Shown: positions 29,226 to 47,300 of the stretch, one piece after another
Layout of the letters: every line of letters starts with the position of its first letter
Numbering within the stretch: the first letter of the stretch is position 1
DNA from: Candidatus Eiseniibacteriota bacterium
GTDB taxonomy: Bacteria; Eisenbacteria; RBG-16-71-46; JABDJR01
Length of the DNA: 64,000 nucleotides
Assembly: GCA_963783375.1 (NCBI GenBank)
Contig: CAWANH010000022.1
Coordinates: 1-64,000, forward strand
Direction: 5' to 3'
Position numbers and translations under genes: made by a program
Notes under the pieces: model-generated
What the model saw: the letters and a program-made list of their open reading frames with translations, nothing else
Told to the model about the DNA's origin: nothing
Databases searched by the model: none

Positions 29226-30263
29226 ATGAAGAGAACTCCGATCGGCCTGGCGCTCGTCGCGCTCCTCACCCTGTCCACGGTACCCGCGCGGGGAGCGACC
29301 CTGACCCTGCGGGACGGTTCGCAGGTGAACGGAGAGATCCGGGGCGTGGTGGTCCAGCGACTCTCCGTTCAACACCTGCTTACGGAGAAGGGGCTCCGCA
29401 TCGAGCAACATCTCTACGCTTTGACCCGGGGCCCGGATCTCGTTCGGGCGGACGAAGAGGGACTCGTCCGGAGCCGCGCGGTCGCCGGCCAGTTGATGAC
29501 CACCACCCGCCGGGCGCTCGAGGTGGAGGGCGACGGGGAGTCGCGCCGATGGTCCACGGAGTGGACCGAGCCCGACGACGCGGCCATCCTCACCGCGGCC
29601 ATGACCGGGAGGAACAGCGCCGCGGTGGAGGAGATGGCGATGGCCGGGGAAAGCGCGCTCTTGCCCCCGCCGCCGGCCCCCGCGGCAACGGCCCGGAGCG
29701 CCCTGGAGATCGTGGGCTAGCTACAGCTCACCGACGCCGGGTGGCGCTTCGACCCCGCGATCACCGTGCAGGGTCCGGACGGGGAGCGCCGCGTTCCGGT
29801 CGAGCAACTCGCCGCGGGACCGGGCGGGATGTCCTCGGGGCGGGCCCGGCCGGAGCCGCACGCGGGAATCATGAAGGTCCGGGCCGAGGGCTCCGCCGCC
29901 GGCGAATACCGACTGGTCGCGGTGGAGGCGGAGAACACCGGCCGCCCGACGGTTCTCTCGAGCCTGGCCTGCGGCGGCAGTCGCCCCGACGGGTACGGCG
30001 GGGGAGCCGGGTCGGTCTGGCACTTCCGGTGCGAGATGGAGACGTCCACCGGGATCGGGTTCAACCTGGGCCTGGTGGCCGCCTCGATCTTCATCATGGA
30101 CGGCCAGGGGCGGGAGCTCCAGCCTTTCGAGCGTCTCTCCGCGGGCTTCGACGGCCCCCCCGGGGCACCCGGCCACGTGGACTTCCTCGCCCTGGGGCCC
30201 GCCGACAGCAGAGCGGTCACCGTGTATTACGGGGACGGTTCGATCAGGGTGCCGATGGAGTAG
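29226..30263 (+). pseudogene. Secreted hypothetical protein interrupted by an in-frame TAG at 29718-29720
   Basis: GGAGG RBS, signal peptide MKRTPIGLALVALL; the same frame stays open from 29721 to 30263. Confidence 0.55.
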
Positions 30264-30804
30264 CCGGCGACGCCGCGTCGCTCGCCTTCAGGGCGCTTCG
30301 CACCTCGCTCACCGTCCCCACCCGGTGGGGGCCGATGAAGAGCACCAGCGCGTCCAGCCCGTCCTTCGGGGCTTCGATCGTGAACTCCAGCTCCGCCTTC
30401 TCGGGGAGGGCCACCATCCCCCGGTGGTCGGGGGCGAGGCCGTTGTCCAGGAACCAGTCGAAGGGGTGGTAGGTCACCGGCTCCTTCCCGGATCCGTCCC
30501 GGAGCTTCAGGTCGTCCCGGCCGAGAAGCACGGAATCCGAAGCGGCGATCTGGAGGTCGAAGTGGGCGAAGGTGTCCCCGGCCCTGGGGGTCTTCACCAC
30601 GTAGACCGTGTTGTAGGAGCTGTCGGCGAGGACCGCCTTCCGGCCGGTGTTGATCCGGAGCTCGGAAAGGGTGTCGAACCCGGCGGGGATCACGGTCAGC
30701 CCGTCCCCCTTCTCGGGAGCGGTGACCGCCGGCGAGATCGCGAAGAGGATCGGCGCCGCGGCCAGGATCAGCGGGATGATGAGATTGCGGGTGATTGTCT
30801 TCAT
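30244..30804 (-). CDS. Secreted hypothetical protein
   Basis: AGGAGG RBS, signal peptide MKTITRNLIIPLILAAAP, host-like codon use. Confidence 0.65.
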   Translation of the reverse strand: MKTITRNLIIPLILAAAPILFAISPAVTAPEKGDGLTVIPAGFDTLSELRINTGRKAVLADSSYNTVYVVKTPRAGDTFAHFDLQIAASDSVLLGRDDLKLRDGSGKEPVTYHPFDWFLDNGLAPDHRGMVALPEKAELEFTIEAPKDGLDALVLFIGPHRVGTVSEVRSALKASDAASPATPSAP

Positions 30805-30955
30805 GAGGGTCCTCCTGGAACTCGATGTGCGGGCCCGGTCACCGGGCCGAGGCTTCTCTAGCGTGCAAGCGGGTTGCCAACCGGGCCAAGTCTGGTGTAT
30901 CTGCTTGGGCTGAAAGGCGCTGACCGTGAGGCGAATCCCGCCCCGCGGGCCGTGA

Positions 30956-31000
30956 GTGTCCATCTGGACACAATCGATTGTGTCCAAGGGAACACAATTA
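30956..31000. promoter_or_regulatory. Operator-like array including a perfect 22-bp palindrome
   Basis: TGGACACAATCGATTGTGTCCA (30965-30986); extra GTGTCCA at 30956 and GAACACAAT at 30990. Confidence 0.6.
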
Positions 31001-31019
31001 TCTCCCCCGGAGGACCACC

Positions 31020-31817
31020 ATGGAACGCTCCGACTACACCCGAGCCAACCGGAAGGCCTGGAACCAGGCCGCGCCGATCCACGAGCGTCTCCGTTTCGAG
31101 GATCTCCTGGCCGGTTTCCGGACCCCCGGCTACACCTGCCTGGACCCGGTCGAGACCGCCGTCCTCCGGAAGATCGGCCTTGAAGGCAAGGCGGTGGCCC
31201 ATCTCCTCTGCAACAACGGCCGCGAGCTTCTCTCCATCCGGAACCTGGGGGCGGGCCGGTGCGTGGGGTTCGACATCGCCGACGCCTTCCTGGAGCAGGC
31301 GCACCGTCTGGCCGAGGTCGGAAACATCGACTGCGCGTTCGTGGCCGGCGACGTCTACGAGATTCCCGACGAGTTCGACGGCGCGTTCGACCTGGTCTAC
31401 GTGACCATCGGCGCGCTCTGCTGGCTCCCCGATCTCCCGGCCTTCTTCACCCGGGCGAAGCGGCTGCTCCGCCCCCGGGGACACATCTTCCTCTACGAGA
31501 TGCACCCGTTCCTGGACATGCTGGACCCCGAGGATCCCCGGGACCCGCTCCGGATCCGCTACTCCTACTTCATGACCGAGGCGGTCGAGGACCTGTCCGG
31601 GCTGGACTATTACGGCGGCACCGCGTACGCGTCCGAGCCCAAGTACTGGTTCCACCACCGGCTCTCGGACGTCCTGGGCGGCCTCCTTCGCGAAGGCTTC
31701 GCCCTCGTCGACTTCGCCGAATACCCCCACGACATCTCGAACATGTTCGGGCGCCTGGAGGGGGTCGAGGCCCAGCCGCCCCTCTGCTACACCCTGGTGG
31801 CCCGGCTGGGGGGGTAG
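31020..31817 (+). CDS. Class I SAM-dependent methyltransferase
   Basis: NRKAWN, HLLCNNGRE, GFDI, FDLVY, WLPDL, YEMHPF. Confidence 0.88.
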   Translation: MERSDYTRANRKAWNQAAPIHERLRFEDLLAGFRTPGYTCLDPVETAVLRKIGLEGKAVAHLLCNNGRELLSIRNLGAGRCVGFDIADAFLEQAHRLAEVGNIDCAFVAGDVYEIPDEFDGAFDLVYVTIGALCWLPDLPAFFTRAKRLLRPRGHIFLYEMHPFLDMLDPEDPRDPLRIRYSYFMTEAVEDLSGLDYYGGTAYASEPKYWFHHRLSDVLGGLLREGFALVDFAEYPHDISNMFGRLEGVEAQPPLCYTLVARLGG

Positions 31818-31933
31818 GGGTCCGCCGGAGCCCCGTGGCGCCTCGCCCTCCTCCCGCCGAGGCCTCGGTCCGGGTTCGCGGGCGTCGCGGGAGTCGCCCG
31901 GACGCTTTCCCCCCGTCCCCCCGTCCTTTGCCG

Positions 31934-31963
31934 TTGACACGCCCGGGGGAGGTTGCGTACCTT
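31934..31963 (+). promoter_or_regulatory. Promoter of the tRNA cluster
   Basis: TTGACA, 18 bp, TACCTT. Confidence 0.55.
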
Positions 31964-32143
31964 CGTCGGGCTCGTAAGGCCGGATCGCGAGGTCGGACCT
32001 TGCCGGCGAACCTCCCATTGGCCTCCCGCGCCCTCCTCTCCGCCGACCGGCTGCGCCGTCGCCGCGGGAACGGGACTGGATGCGTAACTGCCTGTAGGGT
32101 GGGAAGTTGGGAGTGAGGCGTGAGATGAGCGAGCGCTTGCCAA

Positions 32144-32219
32144 GCTGGCGTAGCTCAACTGGTAGAGCTCCTCACTTGTAATGAGGGGGTTATGGGTTCG
32201 AGTCCCGTCGCCAGCTCCA
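32144..32219 (+). tRNA. tRNA-Thr(TGT)
   Basis: Cloverleaf, anticodon loop CTTGTAA, GGTTCGA, encoded CCA. Confidence 0.95.
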
Positions 32220-32241
32220 ATTGCTTGGCGCATCAGAATTT

Positions 32242-32327
32242 GGAGGGGTTCCCGAGCGGCCAAAGGGAACAGACTGTAAATCTGTCGGCGTACGCCTTCG
32301 GAGGTTCGAATCCTCCCCCCTCCACCA
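32242..32327 (+). tRNA. tRNA-Tyr(GTA)
   Basis: Loop CTGTAAA, long variable arm, CCA. Confidence 0.95.
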
Positions 32328-32364
32328 CCATCCGGCGGTCCGGGCCGCCAAATCGTTTGAGCGA

Positions 32365-32441
32365 GCGGGAATAGCTCAGTTGGCTAGAGCATCAGCCTTC
32401 CAAGCTGAGGGTCGCGGGTTCGAATCCCGTTTCCCGCTCCA
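32365..32441 (+). tRNA. tRNA-Gly(TCC)
   Basis: Loop CTTCCAA, CCA. Confidence 0.95.
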
Positions 32442-32540
32442 GACATGTCGCCGCGGGGTCTCGGGGGAGACCCCGGCCGGGGGGGGCTCCGGGCCGGGCC
32501 GGGTTCCGGCGGAGTCCGTCAGGAAGAGGTGAGTGCGCGC

Positions 32541-32569
32541 TTGACAGCCCCCGCGGGGGACCCTAAACT
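32541..32569 (+). promoter_or_regulatory. Internal promoter for tRNA-Thr(GGT)-tuf
   Basis: TTGACA, 17 bp, TAAACT. Confidence 0.7.
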
Positions 32570-32691
32570 CCCTCGCCTGTCTAAGCCCTAGCGCTCCCGC
32601 GTTTTCACTCCCCCAGTCTTGGACACCCCGGCCCTTTTCCGGCCTCAGGGGGAGGACTGTCGCGGCCGGGGGGTGGGCATTCGGGATTGAG

Positions 32692-32767
32692 GCCCACGTA
32701 GCTCAGTCGGTAGAGCATTTGCATGGTAAGCAAAAGGTCAGCGGTTCGAATCCGCTCGTGGGCTCCA
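32692..32767 (+). tRNA. tRNA-Thr(GGT)
   Basis: Stem TTTGC/GCAAA, loop ATGGTAA, CCA. Confidence 0.94.
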
Positions 32768-32833
32768 TGCAAGGTCGTTCAGCGTCGCCCGTGAACGGGC
32801 CGAGAAGACCCTTCTTCGGAGGAAAGTGGCAGG

Positions 32834-34024
<1,191 letters not shown>

Positions 34025-34176
34025 GGATTTCGGCGGCCGGCCCGAGGGGGGCCGGCTGTCCGGTTGCGACCTCCTCCCCCGCCCGGGGAACGAACGCCGG
34101 CGATTCGGCGAACCCCGGGGGAGCGATGGGCCGCCACGCACCCGTAACCCCTTGTCCGGTAGGAGCTTGAATAGAA

Positions 34177-34335
34177 ATGGCGGCGGTACGCGACAAGATC
34201 ATCCTGGCCTGCGGCACCTGCAAGCGCCGCAACTACACCGGAACCAAGAACAAGAGGAAGCATCCGGACCGGGTGGAGTACAAGAAGTACTGCCCCTTCT
34301 GCCGGGTGCACACGCCTCACAAGGAGACCCGCTGA
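34177..34335 (+). CDS. rpmG: 50S ribosomal protein L33 (zinc-binding type)
   Basis: [13 protein letters not shown]...[17 protein letters not shown]; not in the ORF track. Confidence 0.93.
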   Translation: MAAVRDKIILACGTCKRRNYTGTKNKRKHPDRVEYKKYCPFCRVHTPHKETR

Positions 34336-34480
34336 CCTTGGATCCGCGGCGGGTCGCGGTTTTCCGGCGGAAGCGGCGCCAGGCGGGCGTCTCGTTCGCC
34401 ATCCCCTCGGACCGAACCCGGGAGCCGGCCCGGCATTGACCTCGGGACGATGAAGCCGGGGGGAGTGGAGAAGAGCCTGA

Positions 34481-34556
34481 AGGTCAGTAGCTCAACTGGT
34501 AGAGCACCGGTCTCCAAAACCGGGGGTTGCGGGTTCAAGTCCTGCCTGACCTGCCA
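34481..34556 (+). tRNA. tRNA-Trp(CCA)
   Basis: Loop CTCCAAA, CCA end, canonical position before secE. Confidence 0.95.
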
Positions 34557-34623
34557 GATGGGAGTGCCGGCGGCCCCCGCATGCGGGGCTGCCGGCCCCC
34601 GCCTTTGAAGGAAGATCACCAAC

Positions 34624-34815
34624 ATGTCGATCGTTGAGCGCTTTACCGGTTTCGTTCAGTCCGCGTGGATCGAGTCGAAGAAGGTCACCTGGCCGTCGAG
34701 GGCGGAGCTCAAGGAGTCCACGTCGGTGGTCATCGTCTCGACCTTCATCGTGATGATCTATCTGTTCATCGTGGACCAGATCCTGAACTTCGGCCTCCAG
34801 TTCTTCATCCGCTAG
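34624..34815 (+). CDS. secE: Preprotein translocase SecE
   Basis: ESKKVTWPSR plus a single TM segment. Confidence 0.93.
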   Translation: MSIVERFTGFVQSAWIESKKVTWPSRAELKESTSVVIVSTFIVMIYLFIVDQILNFGLQFFIR

Positions 34816-34826
34816 GACGCCCAATC

Positions 34827-35357
34827 ATGACCAAGAAGTGGTACGTCATTCATACCTACTCCGGGCACGAGAACAAGGTGAAGAACAACCTCGAGCGGGC
34901 GGCCAAGAACGCCGGGGTGGAAGAGAGGTTCGGGCGGATTCTCGTCGCCATGGAAGAACACGCGGAGATGAAGGACGGCCAGCGCGTGGTGACCAAGCGC
35001 AAGACGTTTCCGTCCTACGTCCTGGTGGAGATGGAGCTGGACGCCGAGACCCAGGTCATCGTCGCCAATGTTCCGGGGGTCACCCGGTTCGTGGGCTCCG
35101 GCCAGGAACCGGTCCCGCTGGGCGAGGACGAGGTGGATCGGATCCTGGGCCGCCTCGACACCTCCAAGCCCCGGGAGCCCCTGGAGGTTCCCTACAAGGT
35201 GGGCGAGCACGTGAAGGTGACCGACGGCCCCTTCACCGACTTCACCGGAGTGGTGGACGAGGTGAACGGCGAACGCGGAAAACTCAAGGTTATGGTTTCC
35301 ATTTTCGGCCGGGCGACCCCGGTCGAACTCGATTTCCTGCAGGTCAAGCCGGTCTGA
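34827..35357 (+). CDS. nusG: Transcription factor NusG
   Basis: WYVIHTYSGHENKV, KOW motif, IFGRATPVEL. Confidence 0.97.
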   Translation: MTKKWYVIHTYSGHENKVKNNLERAAKNAGVEERFGRILVAMEEHAEMKDGQRVVTKRKTFPSYVLVEMELDAETQVIVANVPGVTRFVGSGQEPVPLGEDEVDRILGRLDTSKPREPLEVPYKVGEHVKVTDGPFTDFTGVVDEVNGERGKLKVMVSIFGRATPVELDFLQVKPV

Positions 35358-35467
35358 CCGGAGGGCCTGATTTCGAGGGACGCGATTCCGCCGCGGCGGC
35401 GCGTCCCGATCTCGCAAGCACCTCGACCCGCCGTGCCGCGCCGGCCGGCGGAGATTAGGAGGGAGAG

Positions 35468-35893
35468 ATGGCGCAAGTCGTAGAGAAAACGATCAAGCTG
35501 CAGATCCCGGCGGGAGGCGCCACGCCGGCGCCGCCGGTCGGGCCCGCCCTCGGTCAGGCGGGCATCAACATCATGGCGTTCTGCAAGGACTTCAACTCCA
35601 AGACGCAGGCTCAGGCCGGGCTCATCATTCCGGTGGTGATCAGCGTCCACAAGGACAAGTCCTTCACCTTCATCACCAAGACCCCCCCGGCGGCGGTCCT
35701 GCTCAAGCGCTCGGCCAACCTGGCCAAGGGCTCGGGCGAACCCAACCGCAACAAGGTCGGCGCGGTGAGTTCGGCCCAGGTCAAGGAGATCGCCGAGCTC
35801 AAGATGGTGGACCTGAATGCCGCCTCGGTCGAGGCGGCCATGCGCATGGTGGCGGGCACGGCCCGCAGCATGGGCATCGAGATCAAGGGCTAG
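35468..35893 (+). CDS. rplK: 50S ribosomal protein L11
   Basis: [11 protein letters not shown]. Confidence 0.98.
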   Translation: MAQVVEKTIKLQIPAGGATPAPPVGPALGQAGINIMAFCKDFNSKTQAQAGLIIPVVISVHKDKSFTFITKTPPAAVLLKRSANLAKGSGEPNRNKVGAVSSAQVKEIAELKMVDLNAASVEAAMRMVAGTARSMGIEIKG

Positions 35894-35902
35894 GGGGGCG
35901 CC

Positions 35903-36601
35903 ATGAAACACGGAAAACGCTATCAGAAAGTCCAGGAGACGGTGCCCCGCGGTCCCTACTCCGACCTCGGTGAGCTGATCAGGAACCTGAAATCCTCCGT
36001 GGGCGCCAAGTTCGACGAGACGGTCGAGATCTCGACCAAGCTCAACGTGGATCCCCGGCATGCCGACCAGGTGGTCCGGGGCACGGTGGTCCTTCCCCAC
36101 GGGACGGGCAAGTCGATCCGGGTCCTTGTCTTCGCCAAGGGCGAGAAGGAAACCGAGGCCAAGGAGGCCGGCGCGGATCTGGTGGGGCCCGACTATGTGG
36201 CCAAGGTCCGCGAGGGCTGGCTCGATTTCGACGCGGTGGTGGCCACCCCGGACATGATGGGTGAAGTGGGGAAGCTGGGGCGGATTCTCGGTCCCCGCGG
36301 GCTCATGCCGAACCCCAAGACGGGGACCGTCACCTTCGACGTGGCCAAGGCGGTCAGGGACCTGAAGGCGGGCAAGATCGAGTTCCGCGTGGACAAGGGC
36401 GGAAACGTGGCCGGTCCGGTGGGCAAGGCATCGTTCAGCCCGGAGCAGCTCGAAGAGAACACCCGCGCCCTGATCAACGAAATCCTGAAGGCCAAGCCTT
36501 CGGGCGCCAAGGGCCAGTACGTGAAGTCGATGACCCTGTCCACCACCATGGGGCCCGGGCTCAAGCTGGATCCCCTCGTCGTGATGGCGATGGGCAAGTA
36601 G
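35903..36601 (+). CDS. rplA: 50S ribosomal protein L1
   Basis: [23 protein letters not shown]. Confidence 0.98.
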   Translation: MKHGKRYQKVQETVPRGPYSDLGELIRNLKSSVGAKFDETVEISTKLNVDPRHADQVVRGTVVLPHGTGKSIRVLVFAKGEKETEAKEAGADLVGPDYVAKVREGWLDFDAVVATPDMMGEVGKLGRILGPRGLMPNPKTGTVTFDVAKAVRDLKAGKIEFRVDKGGNVAGPVGKASFSPEQLEENTRALINEILKAKPSGAKGQYVKSMTLSTTMGPGLKLDPLVVMAMGK

Positions 36602-36611
36602 GAGAGACGTC

Positions 36612-37127
36612 ATGGCAAAGTCGCACAAGATCGATATCGTCGACCGTCTGAGGGCCAAGCTCTCCGCCGCCAAGGGGGTCTACCTGGCCGATTTCCAGGG
36701 ACTGGACGTGGCGCAGGCCACCCGCCTCCGCACGCGCTGCCGCGAGGCGGGGGTGGATTTCCAGGTGGTGAAGAACACCCTGGCCCGCCGGGCCCTGGAT
36801 GAGTCTTCCCGCGAGGCCCTGGATCCGTTCCTGATCGGTCCCACCGCCATCGCCATGAGCGACCTGGACGAGGTGACGCCGGCCAAGATCATCGCCGACT
36901 TCATGAAGGAGTTCGAGCGGCCGGTGCTCAAGGCGGGAATCGTGGACGGCCGGGTGATGGACGGAGAAGAGGTCCGGGTCCTGTCCCAGCTCCCCACCCG
37001 CGACGTCCTGTTGGGTCAGCTCGTGAGCGGGCTCAAGTCGCCGGTGCAGAAGCTGCATTCCGCGCTTTCGAGTCCTCTCCGGGGTCTGGCCACGGCCTTG
37101 AAGCAGGTGGCCGAGCAGAAGGCATAG
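36612..37127 (+). CDS. rplJ: 50S ribosomal protein L10
   Basis: VVKNTL, GPTAIA, LPTRD. Confidence 0.96.
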   Translation: MAKSHKIDIVDRLRAKLSAAKGVYLADFQGLDVAQATRLRTRCREAGVDFQVVKNTLARRALDESSREALDPFLIGPTAIAMSDLDEVTPAKIIADFMKEFERPVLKAGIVDGRVMDGEEVRVLSQLPTRDVLLGQLVSGLKSPVQKLHSALSSPLRGLATALKQVAEQKA

Positions 37128-37167
37128 TTTTTTTCGCCAGCGGTGCCGCGACCATCCGGTGCGGCCC

Positions 37168-37225
37168 CGTTCCTTTAAACCACCACCCCGCCGAGGGCTC
37201 GGCCCGTAGACCGCGGGGAGGGACG
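37168..37225 (+). ncRNA. Putative circularly permuted L10-leader cis-regulatory RNA upstream of rplL
   Basis: Nested stems CGTTCCT/AGGGACG, CCCCGC/GCGGGG and GGGC/GCCC, with CGAG and GTAGAC kink-turn-like strands and a TTAAA loop. Confidence 0.55.
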
Positions 37226-37244
37226 CACAAAAGGAGTGACTACC

Positions 37245-37652
37245 GTGTCCGAGACGACGACTGAAACCAAGGAAATGTCCCCCGAGATCAAGGGCATCAT
37301 CGAGAAGATCAAGGGGATGACCATTCTCCAGGTCAACGACCTGGTCAAGGCCATCGAGGACGAGTTCGACGTTACCGCGGCCATGCCGATGATGGCCGGC
37401 CCCATGGCCGGCGCGGGCGCCGCCGCCGCCGTCGAGGAGAAGACCGAGTTCGACGTCATTCTCACCGGCTCCGGCGACAAGAAGATCCAGGTCATCAAGG
37501 TGGTGCGCGAGCTCACCGGACTCGGCCTGAAGGAAGCCAAGGACCTCGTGGAAGGCGCCCCCAAGCCGGTCAAGGAAGGGGTCTCCAAGGACGAGGCCGC
37601 CTCGGTCAAGGCCAAGATCGAGGCAGCGGGCGGAACCGCGGACGTCAAGTAG
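37245..37652 (+). CDS. rplL: 50S ribosomal protein L7/L12
   Basis: [22 protein letters not shown]; AAGGAG RBS. Confidence 0.97.
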   Translation: MSETTTETKEMSPEIKGIIEKIKGMTILQVNDLVKAIEDEFDVTAAMPMMAGPMAGAGAAAAVEEKTEFDVILTGSGDKKIQVIKVVRELTGLGLKEAKDLVEGAPKPVKEGVSKDEAASVKAKIEAAGGTADVK

Positions 37653-37796
37653 CGTTTTCGCGTTGCCCGCGACGGCGGACACGGTTGGGATGTCTCCCTT
37701 CCGGGCCGCCGCCGCCGGATCCGAACGACGGTGATATCCAGGACGCGGGCCGGCCGGCCCGGCCCGCGTCCACCAACTGGAACGAGGACAACACCC

Positions 37797-41657
<3,861 letters not shown>

Positions 41658-41684
41658 GGCTTCCCAAAGGAGAGGTGACACCCA

Positions 41685-45848
<4,164 letters not shown>

Positions 45849-45949
45849 CGGCGGGGCCTCCTCCCCGGAAGGGGCGGAGGGCCCGGCGGGACACATCGAA
45901 GATCCGGCCCCGGCCCGGAGCGGGAACGGGGACCCAGCGGAGAATGGAG

Positions 45950-45978
45950 TTGACAGGCTCAGGACCCCGGAGTAGCAT
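45950..45978 (+). promoter_or_regulatory. Promoter of the str operon
   Basis: TTGACA, 17 bp, TAGCAT. Confidence 0.7.
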
Positions 45979-46144
45979 AGGGGCCTTGTGCCTTGATACC
46001 CCACTCTGTTGGTTATCATCTAAATCGATGCGGCGCAATGCGTTATACGGACGAAGCGCGGCCGGATCGATGGGGTTGCACAGGGGCTGGGCGGAGACAG
46101 AACCGGCTCCGTGGGGCGCCAGGCACCAGTAAGGAGTGACTTCA

Positions 46145-46519
46145 TTGCCGACTTTGAACCAGCTCGTGCGGAAGGGCCGCCGACGGGTACTCGCGAAGGG
46201 AACCGCCCCGGCGCTCAAGGGGAGCCCCCAGAAGCGGGGGGTGTGCACTCGCGTGTACACCACGACGCCCAAGAAGCCCAACTCGGCTCTCCGCAAAGTG
46301 GCTCGCGTCCGGTTGACCAACAACATCGAGGTCACCGCCTACATTCCCGGTGAAGGACACAACCTTCAGGAGCACTCGATCGTGCTCATCCGGGGCGGGC
46401 GCGTGAAGGATCTGCCCGGCGTGCGGTACCACATCATTCGTGGTGCGCTGGACGCCAGCGGGGTCGACGGCCGGCACAACAGTCGCTCCAAGTACGGAAC
46501 CAAGAGACCGAAGAAGTAA
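46145..46519 (+). CDS. rpsL: 30S ribosomal protein S12
   Basis: [20 protein letters not shown]; TTG start. Confidence 0.98.
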   Translation: MPTLNQLVRKGRRRVLAKGTAPALKGSPQKRGVCTRVYTTTPKKPNSALRKVARVRLTNNIEVTAYIPGEGHNLQEHSIVLIRGGRVKDLPGVRYHIIRGALDASGVDGRHNSRSKYGTKRPKK

Positions 46520-46774
46520 TCACGCCCCGCACTCGGGGGGGATTATCGGGCGCGTTCGGAGCTCAACGCTCCGGGCTATGTCCACCGCCGGCTGTCTCCG
46601 CGGTTCGGCGTATAAAGGGAATTCATCGCGTCGCCTCTGGCGGCGTCCAGTTTCCATGGGGACCGGTGCGGGGTTCGTGCGCCCTGGACCGGGACCGGTC
46701 CCGGTTCGGGGGGGTAGGCGCCGTTGTCGCGCGCCCGCACCCCCGGCAAAACCAGAAGAGAGGACACGCCAGGT

Positions 46775-47245
46775 ATGCCGCGCAAAGGCTATACACCCAG
46801 GAAAGAGCTCCTTCCGGACCCCAAGTACAACAGCATTCTGGTGAGCCGGTTCATCAACGCGCTCATGGGGGCCGGGAAGAAGAGCACGGCCGAGCACATC
46901 ATGTACGACGCGATCTCGCTCATCGAGAAGCGCACCGGCCAGGATGGGCTCGCCATCGTCAAGCAGGCCATGAACAACATCAAGCCGGTCCTGGAGGTGA
47001 AGAGCCGCCGCGTCGGGGGCGCCACCTACCAGGTGCCGATCGAGGTCCGGCCGGAGCGCCGGACGGCCCTGGCCCTGCGCTGGGCCCTGACCTACTCCCA
47101 CTCCCGGCCGGAGAAGACGATGGCCGAACGGCTGGCCGCCGAACTCGCCTCCGCGGCCAAGAACGAGGGCGGGGCGGTCAAGAAGAAGGAAGATACCCAC
47201 AAGATGGCGGAGGCCAACCGGGCCTTCTCCCACTATCGCTGGTAG
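46775..47245 (+). CDS. rpsG: 30S ribosomal protein S7
   Basis: [24 protein letters not shown]. Confidence 0.98.
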   Translation: MPRKGYTPRKELLPDPKYNSILVSRFINALMGAGKKSTAEHIMYDAISLIEKRTGQDGLAIVKQAMNNIKPVLEVKSRRVGGATYQVPIEVRPERRTALALRWALTYSHSRPEKTMAERLAAELASAAKNEGGAVKKKEDTHKMAEANRAFSHYRW

Positions 47246-47300
47246 CGAGAACGAGGAGCGTCGGGGCGCCGGACACCGGCCGCCGACGGAAACGGACAGG

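Noticed and set aside
1186-29720. Genome-wide stop-codon reassignment to explain the in-frame TGA and TAG
   Set aside because: TGA, TAG and TAA all end conserved genes at their expected C-termini; tRNA-Trp has a CCA anticodon; no suppressor tRNA is in the window
183-31800. Many long overlapping ORFs (for example 183-3164, 10132-12642, 15117-17504, 23664-26363)
   Set aside because: Arg/Pro/Gly-rich shadow frames expected at high GC; they overlap well-supported genes
46260-46420. Streptomycin-resistance changes in S12
   Set aside because: The PKKPNS and RVKDLP lysines are intact
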